A stretch of 32,000 nucleotides of DNA. Source: Cylindrospermopsis raciborskii Cr2010 (GTDB taxonomy: Bacteria > Cyanobacteriota > Cyanobacteriia > Cyanobacteriales > Nostocaceae). Location: the NCBI RefSeq assembly GCF_003367075.2, contig NZ_CP065936.1:3300001-3332000 (forward strand), in the 5' to 3' direction. Below are positions 1-12,700 of this stretch, piece after piece. The position numbers and the translations under genes were made by a program. The stretch's first letter is position 1. Every line of letters begins with the position of its first letter. The notes below the pieces were generated by a model. That model was not told the DNA's origin. It searched no databases and saw only the letters and a list, made by a program, of their open reading frames with translations.

Positions 1-379
1 GAGCAATAAAATTAACTGTTGCCTGGCCATCAAATGTACTGGTTGTTACAAAGGGAATATTAATAAATGATTTATTAGTTACAGATGTAGTTAAATTTTG
101 AAAGGTTAGCAGCACAAAATTCCCCGTGCTGCCATTACCATCAGCATTGTTAGTATCAGCACCTGTTATTCTGCCACCTAAGGGAACAGTACCTGTATTA
201 TCACCAATAGTGATAGCATCTACATCAATTTGAAGTTCATTGCTAAAGTAAACCTCTATACTTGCTGAAGACACAGCCGGATCTGTAAAGTTTTCCAGTC
301 GATAGTCGAGATTAATCTTTCCACTACGTGGTGAAATGCTCTGAATTTTCGGTGTGATTACAAGTTTTGGTGTAGACAT
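1..379 (-). CDS. Hypothetical protein, N-terminal ~126 codons only (gene runs off the left edge); possible cohesin-like module
   Basis: Not in the ORF track because no stop lies inside the window. Minus-strand ATG at 379-377. I checked the frame for in-frame tta/cta/tca on the plus strand and found none down to position 2. Translation begins MSTPKLVITPKIQSISPRSGKINLDYRLENFTDPAVSSASIEVYFSNELQIDVDAITIGDNTGTVPLGGRITGADTNNADGNGSTGNFVLLTFQNLTTSVTNKSFINIPFVTTSTFDGQATVNFIA. The order IEVYFSNELQI / DTNNADGNGSTGNFVLLTF / INIPFVTTSTF parallels IRLHYDSSDLSY / DNQNFDKDNTTDRYIQIQYF / VKLGDFAFTTSTNF in the cohesin-like modules at 19716-21008. Confidence 0.5.
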   Translation of the reverse strand, partial: MSTPKLVITPKIQSISPRSGKINLDYRLENFTDPAVSSASIEVYFSNELQIDVDAITIGDNTGTVPLGGRITGADTNNADGNGSTGNFVLLTFQNLTTSVTNKSFINIPFVTTSTFDGQATVNFIA

Positions 380-638
380 AAATCTCCAGTGTATTATTTA
401 GGGGTTATCGTAACAAATCAGCACAAGCATAACACAACTTGCCAGTCTCTAGGAATATAGTCTAAGCAAACTAATGTTTCCAAGATTATAGTGTGTACGG
501 ACTACACATGGGTATATAAGGTTTCGGATATCATTATTGCAGCATTAACAGAACTATGGTAGCATTTCCAGAGAATGTGGTGTTAATTTTATTATTTGTT
601 TACATTGTAAAACCACAAAATCCGCTCTTATAAACTTA

Positions 639-692
639 CCAAAACCTACCCAAACCTAGTTGAAACTGGACGAAGATAGGTTTTGGCTTTTT
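639..692. terminator. Candidate hairpin (possible bidirectional terminator) downstream of the giant gene
   Basis: ccaaaaccta (639-648) is the exact reverse complement of taggttttgg (677-686). On the plus strand it is followed by cttttt (687-692). On the minus strand it is preceded by an A-run and followed by TAAGTTTAT. It lies ~70 nt past the giant gene stop (758-760). The loop is long (28 nt). A second direct copy, cccaaaccta (649-658), offers an alternative shorter-loop pairing. Confidence 0.3.
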
Positions 693-757
693 ATGGAGAC
701 TTAATACGGTCAGCAACCTGCCAACTTTAGGAACTTACACCCACAAAAAATCAAATT

Positions 758-3700
758 CTAGGTGTTAGTCCCTATTAAGTTACTTAAAGCTTGATTGAGT
801 TCGTCGCCTGTATTATTAGGACCATTGAGTTCTGATCCAAAAGCAGATGCAACCAGCTGAAAGATTTGATTGCGGTTCGGGTTGCTCCCCAATAACAAGT
901 ATTGGTTCATCAAGAAGATATCTCCTGGCGAAGTTGTTGAATTTCCGTCAATATCAAAGAGGCTTAACTGTGCTTCAATCCCATTGGCAAGTGTAGCTCC
1001 GGTAGTATTGGTGGATCCCACGGTTTCACTGGGGAAACGAGCGAAGGTAGTTTCTAAGATGGAGTTACGGTTAGGATTATTCCGTTCTGCTAAAAACTGG
1101 TTAATTAGGAATGCATCGGATCCAGTAAAGACCCCGTTACCATCAATGTCCCCTATAGCACCATCAGCTATGGTTACAGTAGCTCCGGTGGTAGCACCCA
1201 GGTCATAGGTAACTCCATCTGTGAGACTGAGAATAACGATTTGATTACCTTCTACAACAGCATCATTTATCGGCAAGACATCAACAACCGCTGTAGTTTG
1301 TCCACCAGCAATTGTGACTGTGCCAGGTAGAAGTGTGTAATCTTCCCCACCAATAGCTGTCCCACTGACCGTGTAGTTGACGGCAATTCCTCCTACTGGA
1401 GCCGCTTCTGACAAGGTAAATGTGAATTTACCATTGTTGACTCTAGGTGTTTGAATTTCAGCAGCATAGGGATCTGTAGCAGCAATTGTTACGGTGGGTA
1501 CATCATTGGGGATATCAGTGACGTTAATAGTAACGTTTACAGGAGAAGAGGTGTTGTTGGCAGCATCACTAGCAGTTATTCCCAGTGTAAACGTATTTGG
1601 AGTAGTCTCAAAGTCATTGGATGCGGCTGATGCAGCTGTACCTGCTGCGGTGAGGGTAATTACTCCACTGTTACTAATGGCAAAGAACCCGGAATTATTT
1701 CCAGATGCGATCGCAAAACTTGTAACTCCTACTGCATCGGTAGCTGTGACCGTTCCCACTTGGAAGTTAGCCGTTTTTCCTTCTGCATAGGAGAACGTTT
1801 GGTTGGCGTTTACAACGGGGGCGGTGTCATCCACATCGGTGACGTTGATGGTCACGTTTACAGGAGCAGAGGTGTTGTTGGCAGCATCACTAGCAGTTAT
1901 TCCCAGTGTAAACGTATTTGGAGTAGTCTCAAAGTCATTGGACGCGGCTGATGCAGCTGCACCTGCTGCTGTGAGGGTAATTACTCCACTGTTACTAATG
2001 GCAAAGAACCCGGAATTGTTTCCAGATGCGATCGCAAAGCTTGTGACTCCTACTGCATCGGTAGCTGTGACTGTTCCCACTTGGAAGTTAGCCGTTTTTC
2101 CTTCTGCATAGGAGAACGTTTGGTTGGCGTTTACAACGGGGGCGGTGTCATCCACATCCATGACGTTAATAGTAACGTTTACAGGAGCAGAGGTGTTGTT
2201 GGCAGCATCACTAGCAGTTATTCCTAATGTAAACGTGTTTGGAGTAGTCTCAAAGTCATTAGACGCGGCTGATGCAGCTGCACCTGCTGCGGTGAGGGTA
2301 ATTACTCCACTGTTACTAATGGCAAAGAACCCGGAATTATTTCCAGATGCGATCGCAAAACTTGTAACTCCTACTGCATCGGTAGCTGTGACCGTTCCCA
2401 CTTGGAAGTTAGCCGTTTTTCCTTCTGCATAGGAGAACGTTTGGTTGGCGTTTACAACGGGGGCGGTGTCATCCACATCGGTGACGTTGATGGTCACGTT
2501 TACAGGAGCAGAGGTGTTGTTGGCAGCATCACTAGCAGTTATTCCCAGTGTAAACGTATTTGGAGTAGTCTCAAAGTCATTGGACGCGGCTGATGCAGCT
2601 GCACCTGCTGCTGTGAGGGTAATTACTCCACTGTTACTAATGGCAAAGAACCCGGAATTGTTTCCAGATGCGATCGCAAAGCTTGTGACTCCTACTGCAT
2701 CGGTAGCTGTGACTGTTCCCACTTGGAAGTTAGCCGTTTTTCCTTCTGCATAGGAGAACGTTTGGTTGGCGTTTACAACGGGGGCGGTGTCATCCACATC
2801 CATGACGTTAATAGTAACGTTTACAGGAGCAGAGGTGTTGTTGGCAGCATCACTAGCAGTTATTCCTAATGTAAACGTGTTTGGAGTAGTCTCAAAGTCA
2901 TTAGACGCGGCTGATGCAGCTGCACCTGCTGCGGTGAGGGTAATTACTCCACTGTTACTAATGGCAAAGAACCCGGAATTATTTCCAGATGCGATCGCAA
3001 AACTTGTAACTCCTACTGCATCGGTAGCTGTGACCGTTCCCACTTGGAAGTTAGCCGTTTTTCCTTCTGCATAGGAGAACGTTTGGTTGGCGTTTACAAC
3101 GGGGGCGGTGTCATCCACATCGGTGACGTTGATGGTCACGTTTACAGGAGCAGAGGTGTTGTTGGCAGCATCACTAGCAGTTATTCCCAGTGTAAACGTA
3201 TTTGGAGTAGTCTCAAAGTCATTGGACGCGGCTGATGCAGCTGCACCTGCTGCTGTGAGGGTAATTACTCCACTGTTACTAATGGCAAAGAACCCGGAAT
3301 TGTTTCCAGATGCGATCGCAAAGCTTGTGACTCCTACTGCATCGGTAGCTGTGACTGTTCCCACTTGGAAGTTAGCCGTTTTTCCTTCTGCATAGGAGAA
3401 CGTTTGGTTGGCGTTTACAACGGGGGCGGTGTCATCCACATCCATGACGTTAATAGTAACGTTTACAGGAGCAGAGGTGTTGTTGGCAGCATCACTAGCA
3501 GTTATTCCTAATGTAAACGTGTTTGGAGTAGTCTCAAAGTCATTGGACGCGGCTGATGCAGCTGCACCTGCTGCGGTGAGGGTAATTACTCCACTGTTAC
3601 TAATGGCAAAGAACCCGGAATTATTTCCAGATGCGATCGCAAAACTTGTAACTCCTACTGCATCGGTAGCTGTGACCGTTCCCACTTGGAAGTTAGCCGT

Positions 3701-6700
3701 TTTTCCTTCTGCATAGGAGAACGTTTGGTTGGCGTTTACAACGGGGGCGGTGTCATCCACATCGGTGACGTTGATGGTCACGTTTACAGGAGCAGAGGTG
3801 TTGTTGGCAGCATCACTAGCAGTTATTCCCAGTGTAAACGTATTTGGAGTAGTCTCAAAGTCATTGGATGCGGCTGATGCAGCTGTACCTGCTGCGGTGA
3901 GGGTAATTACTCCACTGTTACTAATGGCAAAGAACCCGGAATTATTTCCAGATGCGATCGCAAAACTTGTAACTCCTACTGCATCGGTAGCTGTGACCGT
4001 TCCCACTTGGAAGTTAGCCGTTTTTCCTTCTGCATAGGAGAACGTTTGGTTGGCGTTTACAACGGGGGCGGTGTCATCCACATCGGTGACGTTGATGGTC
4101 ACGTTTACAGGAGCAGAGGTGTTGTTGGCAGCATCACTAGCAGTTATTCCCAGTGTAAACGTATTTGGAGTAGTCTCAAAGTCATTGGATGCGGCTGATG
4201 CAGCTGTACCTGCTGCGGTGAGGGTAATTACTCCACTGTTACTAATGGCAAAGAACCCGGAATTATTTCCAGATGCGATCGCAAAGCTTGTGACTCCTAC
4301 TGCATCGGTAGCTGTGACTGTTCCCACTTGGAAGTTAGCCGTTTTTCCTTCTGCATAGGAGAACGCTTGGTTGGCGTTTACAACGGGGGCGGTGTCATCC
4401 ACATCCGTGACGTTAATAGTAACGTTTACAGGAGCAGAGGTGTTGTTGGCAGCATCACTAGCAGTTATTCCCAGTGTAAACGTATTTGGAGTAGTCTCAA
4501 AGTCGTTGGACGCGGCTGATGCAGCTGCACCTGCTGCTGTGAGGGTAATTACTCCACTGTTACTAATGGCAAAGAACCCGGAATTATTTCCAGATGCGAT
4601 CGCAAAGCTTGTGACTCCTACTGCATCGGTAGCTGTGACTGTTCCCACTTGGAAGTTAGCCGTTTTTCCTTCTGCATAGGAGAACGCTTGGTTGGTGTTT
4701 ACAACGGGGGCGGTGTCATCCACATCCGTGACGTTGATGGTCACGTTTACAGGAGAAGAGGTGTTGTTGGCAGCATCACTAGCAGTTATTCCCAGTGTAA
4801 ACGTATTTGGATTAGTCTCAAAGTCATTGGACGCGGCTGATGCAGCTGCACCTGCTGCTGTGAGGGTAATTACTCCACTGTTACTAATGGCAAAGAACCC
4901 GGAATTATTTCCAGATGCGATCGCAAAGCTTGTGACTCCTACTGCATCGGTAGCTGTGACTGTTCCCACTTGGAAGTTAGCCGTTTTTCCTTCTGCATAG
5001 GAGAAGGTTTGGTTGGGGTTTACCACCGGGGTAGTGTCATCATTGGTAATGGTTCCTGTAGCAGTCGCTGTAGTAATGGTGGCATTAGTGGGGTTGGAGA
5101 GAGTAACAGTAAACCCTTCATCTGGTTCAACCGTGCTGTCTCCTGACACATTTACTGTGATAGTTTGAGTGGTTTCACCCGCTGCAAAACTCACCGTACC
5201 AGAAGTTCCACTAAAATCAGTGCCATCGGCTTGGTTAGTGCCAGAACCCGTTACTGCCCAATTAGCACTGCTAGTGCCAGTGGTATCTCCACTACGGGTA
5301 ACGGTGAAGGTGAAAGCTTTTGTACCTGAGTTACCTTCACTTTGGTTGGCATTAGTAGATGCGATCGCTAATCCAGTCCAAACCAAGCGATCGTCATTAA
5401 ATGGGTCAGCGAAGGACACCACTCCACTGGTTAATTGACTGCTCACACTACTGCTGTCCCCTCCATTACTAGAGTCACCCCAGGTAACAACAGAGCCATC
5501 GCTTTTTAGCGCCGCAAATGCAGTATTAGTAGAGAAAATCTGGGTGACACCGGAAGTGAGACTGCTGCTCACACTACTGCTGTCCCCTCCCAATGTAGAG
5601 TCACCCCAGGTAACAACAGAGCCATCGCTTTTTAGCGCCGCAAATGCAGTATCAGTAGAGAAAATCTGGGTGACACCGGAAGTGAGACTGCTGCTCACAC
5701 TACTGCTGTCCCCTCCCAATGTAGAGGAACCCCAGGTAACAACAGAGCCATCGCTTTTTAGCGCCGCAAATGCAAATTCAGTGGAGAAAATCTGGGTGAC
5801 ACCGGAAGTGAGACTGCTGCTCACACTACTGCTGTTCCCTCCATTACTAGAGGAACCCCAGGTAACAACAGAGCCATCGCTTTTTAGCGCCGCAAATGCA
5901 GTATTAGTAGAGAAAATCTGGGTGACACCGGAAGTGAGACTGCTGCTCACACTACTGCTGTTCCCTCCATTACTAGAGGAACCCCAGGTAACAACAGAGC
6001 CATCGCTTTTTAGCGCCGCAAATGCAGTATTAGTAGAGAAAATCTGGGTGACACCGGAAGTGAGACTGCTGCTCACACTACTGCTGTTCCCTCCAGATGT
6101 AGAGGAACCCCAGGTAACAACAGAGCCATCGCTTTTTAGCGCCGCAAATGCATTATTAGTAGAGAAAATCTGGGTGACACCGGAAGTGAGACTGCTGCTC
6201 ACACTACTGCTGTTCCCTCCAGATGTAGAGGAACCCCAGGTAACAACAGAGCCATCGCTTTTTAGCGCCGCAAATGCATTATTATTAGAGAAAATCTGGG
6301 TGACACCGGAAGTGAGACTGCTGCTCACACTACTGCTGTTCCCTCCAGATGTAGAGGAACCCCAGGTAACAACAGAGCCATCGCTTTTTAGCGCCGCAAA
6401 TGCAGTATCAGTAGAGAAAATCTGGGTGACACCGGAACCGGAAGTGAGACTGCTGCTCACACTACTGCTGTTCCCTCCAAATGTAGAGTCACCCCAGGTA
6501 ACAACAGAGCCATCGCTTTTTAGCGCCGCAAATGCAAGAAGAGTAGAGAAAATCTGGGTGACACCGGAAGTGAGACTGCTGCTCACACTACTGCTGTTCC
6601 CTCCAAATGTAGAGTCACCCCAGGTAACAACAGAGCCATCGCTTTTTAGCGCCGCAAATGCAGTACCATTACGATACTCATGCCGTGTTTTATACATTAC

Positions 6701-9700
6701 ACTCTTTGCAATACTCCCCCTTACCACAGTCCCCGGCGCCACATCGTTATCCAAAATGGTGCCTGTCACCGCACTACTACTACCTACCGCATATCCCGTC
6801 CCCGCTGCCAAGGTCAGTGCCACAGTTTCATTCCCATCACTAACCACATCTGAACTGGGGTCTAAACTGAGAATAACCACACTAGACCCTGCTGCAAAGG
6901 TCACACTACCAGTAGTCGTTCCAAAACTGGTGGCTCCCCGTTGCACGTAGTCGTCGTTTAAGGTGGCACTTCCACTCACGTTGAAGTTAACAGTTAGGGA
7001 ATTAGTGGTATCCCCGGTGCGACTAAATACATAAAATAGGCTTTGGGGTCCATCTTCGGTAACTGTGCTGGGTGACCTGAGGGATAAACTGACTGTGGGA
7101 AGAAGATCATCATTATTAATGGTTCCCGTAGCAGTCGCTGTAGTAATGGTGGCATTGGTGGGACTGGAGAGAGTAACTGTAAACCCTTCATCTGGTTCAA
7201 CCGTGTTGTCTCCTGACACATTTACTGTGATAGTTTGAGTGGTTTCACCCGCTGCAAAACTCACCGTACCAGAAGTTCCACTAAAATCAGTGCCATCGGC
7301 TTGGTTAGTGCCAGAACCCGTTACTGCCCAATTAGCACTGCTAGTGCCAGTGGTATCTCCACTACGGGTAACGGTGAAGGTGAAAGCTTTTGTACCTGAG
7401 TTACCTTCACTTTGGTTGGCATTAGTAGATGCGATCGCTAATCCAGTCCAAACCAGGCGATCGTCATTAAATGGGTCAGCGAAGGACACCACTCCACTGG
7501 TTAATTGACTGCTCACACTACTGCTGTCCCCTCCATTACTAGAGTCACCCCAGGTAACAACAGAGCCATCGCTTTTTAGCGCCGCAAATGCATTATTATT
7601 AGAGAAAATCTGGGTGACACCGGAAGTGAGACTGCTGCTCACACTACTGCTGTCCCCTCCCAATGTAGAGGAACCCCAGGTAACAACAGAGCCATCGCTT
7701 TTTAGCGCCGCAAATGCATACAATGTGGAGAAAATCTGGGTGACACCGGAAGTGAGACTGCTGCTCACACTACTGCTGTCCCCTCCCCAATTAGAGGAAC
7801 CCCAGGTAACAACAGAGCCATCGCTTTTTAGCGCCGCAAATGCAAATTCAGTGGAGAAAATCTGGGTGACACCGGAAGTGAGACTGCTGCTCACACTACT
7901 GCTGTTCCCTCCATTACTAGAGGAACCCCAGGTAACAACAGAGCCATCGCTTTTTAGCGCCGCAAATGCAGTATTAGTAGAGAAAATCTGGGTGACACCG
8001 GAAGTGAGACTGCTGCTCACACTACTGCTGTTCCCTCCATTACTAGAGGAACCCCAGGTAACAACAGAGCCATCGCTTTTTAGCGCCGCAAATGCAGTAT
8101 TAGTAGAGAAAATCTGGGTGACACCGGAAGTGAGACTGCTGCTCACACTACTGCTGTTCCCTCCATTACTAGAGGAACCCCAGGTAACAACAGAGCCATC
8201 GCTTTTTAGCGCCGCAAATGCAGTATCAGTAGAGAAAATCTGGGTGACACCGGAAGTGAGACTGCTGCTCACACTACTGCTGTTCCCTCCATTACTAGAG
8301 TCACCCCAGGTAACAACAGAGCCATCGCTTTTTAGCGCCGCAAATGCAGTATCAGTAGAGAAAATCTGGGTGACACCGGAAGTGAGACTGCTGCTCACAC
8401 TACTGCTGTTCCCTCCATTACTAGAGTCACCCCAGGTAACAACAGAGCCATCGCTTTTTAGCGCCGCAAATGCAATAAGAGTAGAGAAAATCTGGGTGAC
8501 ACCGGAAGTGAGACTGCTGCTCACACTACTGCTGTTCCCTCCAAATGTAGAGTCACCCCAGGTAACAACAGAGCCATCGCTTTTTAGCGCCGCAAATGCA
8601 AGAAGAGTAGAGAAAATCTGGGTGACACCGGAAGTGAGACTGCTGCTCACACTACTGCTGTTCCCTCCATTACTAGGGTCACCCCAGGTAACAACAGAGC
8701 CATCGCTTTTTAGCGCCGCAAATGCAGTACCATTACGATACTCATGCCGTGTTTTATACATTACACTCTTTGCAATACTCCCCCTTACCACAGTCCCCGG
8801 CGCCACATCGTTATCCAAAATGGTGCCTGTCACCGCACTACTACTACCTACCGCATATCCCGTCCCCGCTGCCAAGGTCAGTGCCACAGTTTCATTCCCA
8901 TCACTAACCACATCTGAACTGGGGTCTAAACTGAGAATAACCACACTAGACCCTGCTGCAAAGGTCACACTACCAGTAGTCGTTCCAAAACTGGTGGCTC
9001 CCCGTTGCACGTAGTCGTCGTTTAAGGTGGCACTTCCACTCACGTTGAAGTTAACAGTTAGGGAATTAGTGGTATCCCCGGTGCGACTAAATACATAAAA
9101 TAGGCTTTGGGGTCCATCTTCGGTAACTGTGCTGGGTGACCTGAGGGATAAACTGACTGTGGGAAGAAGATCATCATTATTAATGGTTCCCGTAGCAGTC
9201 GCTGTAGTAATGGTGGCATTGGTGGGACTGGAGAGAGTAACTGTAAACCCTTCATCTGGTTCAACCGTGTTGTCTCCTGACACATTAACCGTAATAGTTT
9301 GAGTGGTTTCACCCGCTGCAAAACTCACCGTACCAGAAGTTCCACTAAAATCAGTGCCATCGGCTTGGTTAGTGCCAGAACCCGTTACTGCCCAATTAGC
9401 ACTGCTAGTGCCAGTGGTATCTCCACTACGGGTAACGGTGAAGGTGAAAGCTTTTGTACCTGAGTTACCTTCACTTTGGTTGGCATTAGTAGATGCGATC
9501 GCTAATGTGGGTGCTTCATTGACATCAGTTACTGTAATTGCTACTGCTTGGGATGCGCTTAAACTGCCATCACTAGCACTAACGGTGATGTCATAAACAT
9601 TGTTACCACCAGTATCACCGGGAGTTTCAAAGTTGGGTGCGGTTTGGAAGGTAACTGCTCCCGTGGTGCTGTTTATATTAAATAGTCCTGCGTCTGTTCC

Positions 9701-12700
9701 TGACAGACTATAAGTAAGAGCAGTTCCAGCATCTGGGTCTGTAGCTAGAACGGTGTAAGCAGTACCAGTGCCATTTTCAGCAAAGTTGGCTGCAGCTAGA
9801 CTGGTAATAGTGGGTGCTTCATTGACGTCAGTTACTGTGATTGCCACTGCTTGGGATGCGCTTAAACTGCCATCACTAGCACTAACGGTGATGTCATAAA
9901 CATTGTTACCACCAGTATCACCGGGAGTTTCAAAGTTGGGTGCGGTTTGGAAGGTAACTGCTCCCGTGGTGCTGTTTATATTAAATAGTCCTGCGTCTGT
10001 TCCTGACAGACTATAAGTAAGAGCAGTTCCCTCTGGGTCTGTAGCTAGAACGGTGTAAGCAGTACCAGTGCCATTTTCAGCAAAGTTGGCTGTAGTTGCA
10101 CTGGTGATGATGGGTGCTTCATCTACATCCGTCACCGCAATGGAGAAGATTTGGGTATTGGTAGACCCATCACTACTGGTGGATTGAACCGTGATGGAGT
10201 GAGAAGTGGTGGTTTCAATGTCAAGTAAGGAGCTGTTAGCAACGGTGACCACCCCACTATTGGCATCAATGGCAAAACGTCCACCAGCATTGTCTGTGAG
10301 ACTGTAGGTAACAGTATTATTAGAACCATCACCATCTGTAGCGTTGGCAGTAATACCCACCCCAGTGCCATTAACTGCATTTTCAGCAATGGTGTTGGCA
10401 GCTGTATTGGTGTCTGTTGGTGCAGTTACATCAAACTCATCTACATCAGTGACGTTAATAGTAATGTTGGTAGAAGTAGATGTGTTACCAGCAGGATCAC
10501 TAGCAGTTATTCCTAATGTAAACGTATTTGGAGTAGTCTCAAAGTCATTGGACGCGGCTGATGCAGCTGCACCTGCTGCTGTGAGGGTAATTACTCCACT
10601 GTTATTAATGGCAAAGAACCCGGAATCATTTCCAGATGCGATCGCAAAGCTTGTGACTCCTACTGCATCCGTAGCTGTGACTGTTCCCACTTGGAAGTTA
10701 GCCGTTTTTCCTTCTGCATAGGAGAACGTTTGGTTGGCGCTTACCACCGGGGCGGTGGTGTCTCCTCCACCAGTAGTACTATTAATAGTTATCGTTCCAT
10801 TGACTGGGGTTAGAGTCAGGATATTATCACTTGAGTCAGTTATATCGTTGTTAGGAGCCAAACTCAAAGTAAGGGGAGTAGTTCCAGCAGAAGCGGAGGA
10901 TTTAATTGTGAAATTAATCGTTGCCAAATTGAGTGGTAACCCAGAACTAATGTTAGTACCGGTAGCGTTCGCTCCCGTGATAATAACAAATCCCTGGGAA
11001 TCATTAACATTCTCAACTGTGGTGAAACCTGCCGCTGTATTAGGGGTCACATCTGAAGAATTACCAGTAGCGGAAGTAATATCCAAGATGTTGGTATCAA
11101 AGACAATTCGCAAGCCATAAGACGCTATATCATTGGCCCCATCTTCAGTTGAGGTTACTGAAAGAGTGACGCCGACGATGTCTCCCGGATTACCACTGGT
11201 GGATGAGACAGTAATTGTTGGGTCCAGACCTGGAACAGCAAGAGAAGGATTTGTGACAATGGGAATAGACGGGGTACTTATTCCAGCAGCAAACCGCAGT
11301 ACGTTAACCGCATCAGCTGAATTAGTTCGACCATTGTTGTTCGTATCCGCAATCAGATTAGGATCTACTAAATCAAAGGGATCAAAACCATCACTCAGTC
11401 CTGCGGCTAATCGTAAAACGCTAACAGCATCAGCGGAGTTAACTCTTCCATTGGCATTAGTATCTCCAAAGAAAGCAACTTTCTGTACAGCAGTGCTATC
11501 GGAAATAGTTACAGATCGCGAGCTAGCACGAGCACCAGCACTTATCTCTAACACTTCCGCAGAATTAAAAACTGCACTTGTGGGAACATCAGCAATTAGG
11601 CGAATCACTTCTCTATCCCCAGAAGGTAGAGGGCTACTGACCCCATCATTAAGCTTATCCCGTAGATCAACTGTCACCCTTCCACTGGCAATAGTTGGCC
11701 TACCCACAATTTCCCAAGTATCTTTTAAGGCATCGGGAAGTTGAGCATCAGTAATATTTAGTGCATCAGGATCGTAGTCCACCGTAATCCGAATATTAGT
11801 CAGCCCATCAGTATCGGATATTTTTACTGGTATACCAGTACCATTAATATTTACTGGTTGACCTGGTCCACGAGCAAAGCTAGGCAAATAGACCACAGGC
11901 CCAGCAGCTGGAACATTAAAGGTAGCCGACTGCAAGTTACCAGCGGTTAAATTGGCACCTTCCGCTTTGAAATCAGATGGGTCAGTATAGGTAATGGTAT
12001 AGTCACCTGCTGCCAAGATGGGATTGGTGGGAACAAAACGCAGTGTGTTATTATCTTCATCATACACTAGCGAACCTGCCACAGATCCACTGGGACCATT
12101 AACCCTCAAGCTAGGTGTAATACCACTCGCACCATAGAGTTGCAGACTGGCCACATCTAGGGGAAGACTAAACCTTTGAGCGAAAGATGTGCCTCGATCA
12201 ATCCAGGTATTAGGTTGATCAAGAGATGCCTTGACCATATCCAATTGATAATTGCCAGTGTTTTGATAAAACTCTCGCAGTTGGGCTTCAGTTAAAGCGG
12301 GGCTAAACCCTGGGTCATTCCCGAAGTCAAACTGGTCAGTGCCAGTACCAGTGGACATTACCACGAAGTAATAATTATCAGGTGTTAGATTTGCTAACAC
12401 GTTACCCGTTACAAGTCCTTGTGGACCATAGTCATTTACGGTAACTGGGGCACCTTGAGAATCAAAAAGCTTTAAGGTTGGGCGAGCATCATCGATCGCA
12501 ATACCTGTGCCACTGGTAGTGAAGCGATAAGCACCAGATTCAGTAATGCTAATTGGATAAATATCCACATCATCAGCACCCACATCGGAGCTAGTAGCTG
12601 TCACATTAGCAGCATTACCTGTTAATCCTTGAGCTTCAATGTAAATACGACCAAAGGCATTACTTTCTTCCGCTGTGGCACCAGCTTGGTCTATATCTTC

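Noticed and set aside
492-508. Small hairpin tgtgta-cggac-tacaca in the 380-757 spacer
   Set aside because: The stem is only 6 bp, AT/GT-rich, with no flanking U-run or conserved context. It is not distinguishable from chance.
1494-5000. Series of 98-102-aa and 63-aa plus-strand ORFs recurring every 321 nt ([12 protein letters not shown]..., [12 protein letters not shown]...)
   Set aside because: These are antisense shadows of the 321-bp cadherin-like repeats, with the same logic as above. Similar shadows (23788-26261) mirror the 666-bp RTX units.
5372-8808. Diversity-generating retroelement (DGR) as the source of the hypervariable blade cassettes
   Set aside because: No reverse transcriptase gene and no template/variable repeat pair is present in the window. 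The cassette differences are not restricted to adenine-templated positions; for example CTT CTT, GAA TTT, AAT ACT and TTG TAT all occur. Shuffling and gene conversion among blades is the simpler explanation.
5544-9014. Long plus-strand ORFs of 468 aa (5544-6950) and 466 aa (7614-9014) with repeating [17 protein letters not shown]...
   Set aside because: These are antisense shadow ORFs of the 126-bp blade repeats. The sense frame has clear domain motifs and continues for 17.8 kb. The antisense frame stays open only because one stop-free unit is copied 10 times, and its product is low-complexity with no recognisable motifs.
1510-9505. CRISPR-like regular repeats
   Set aside because: The repeats are contiguous with no unique spacers, are 126-666 bp long, lie in frame inside long ORFs, and no cas genes are present.
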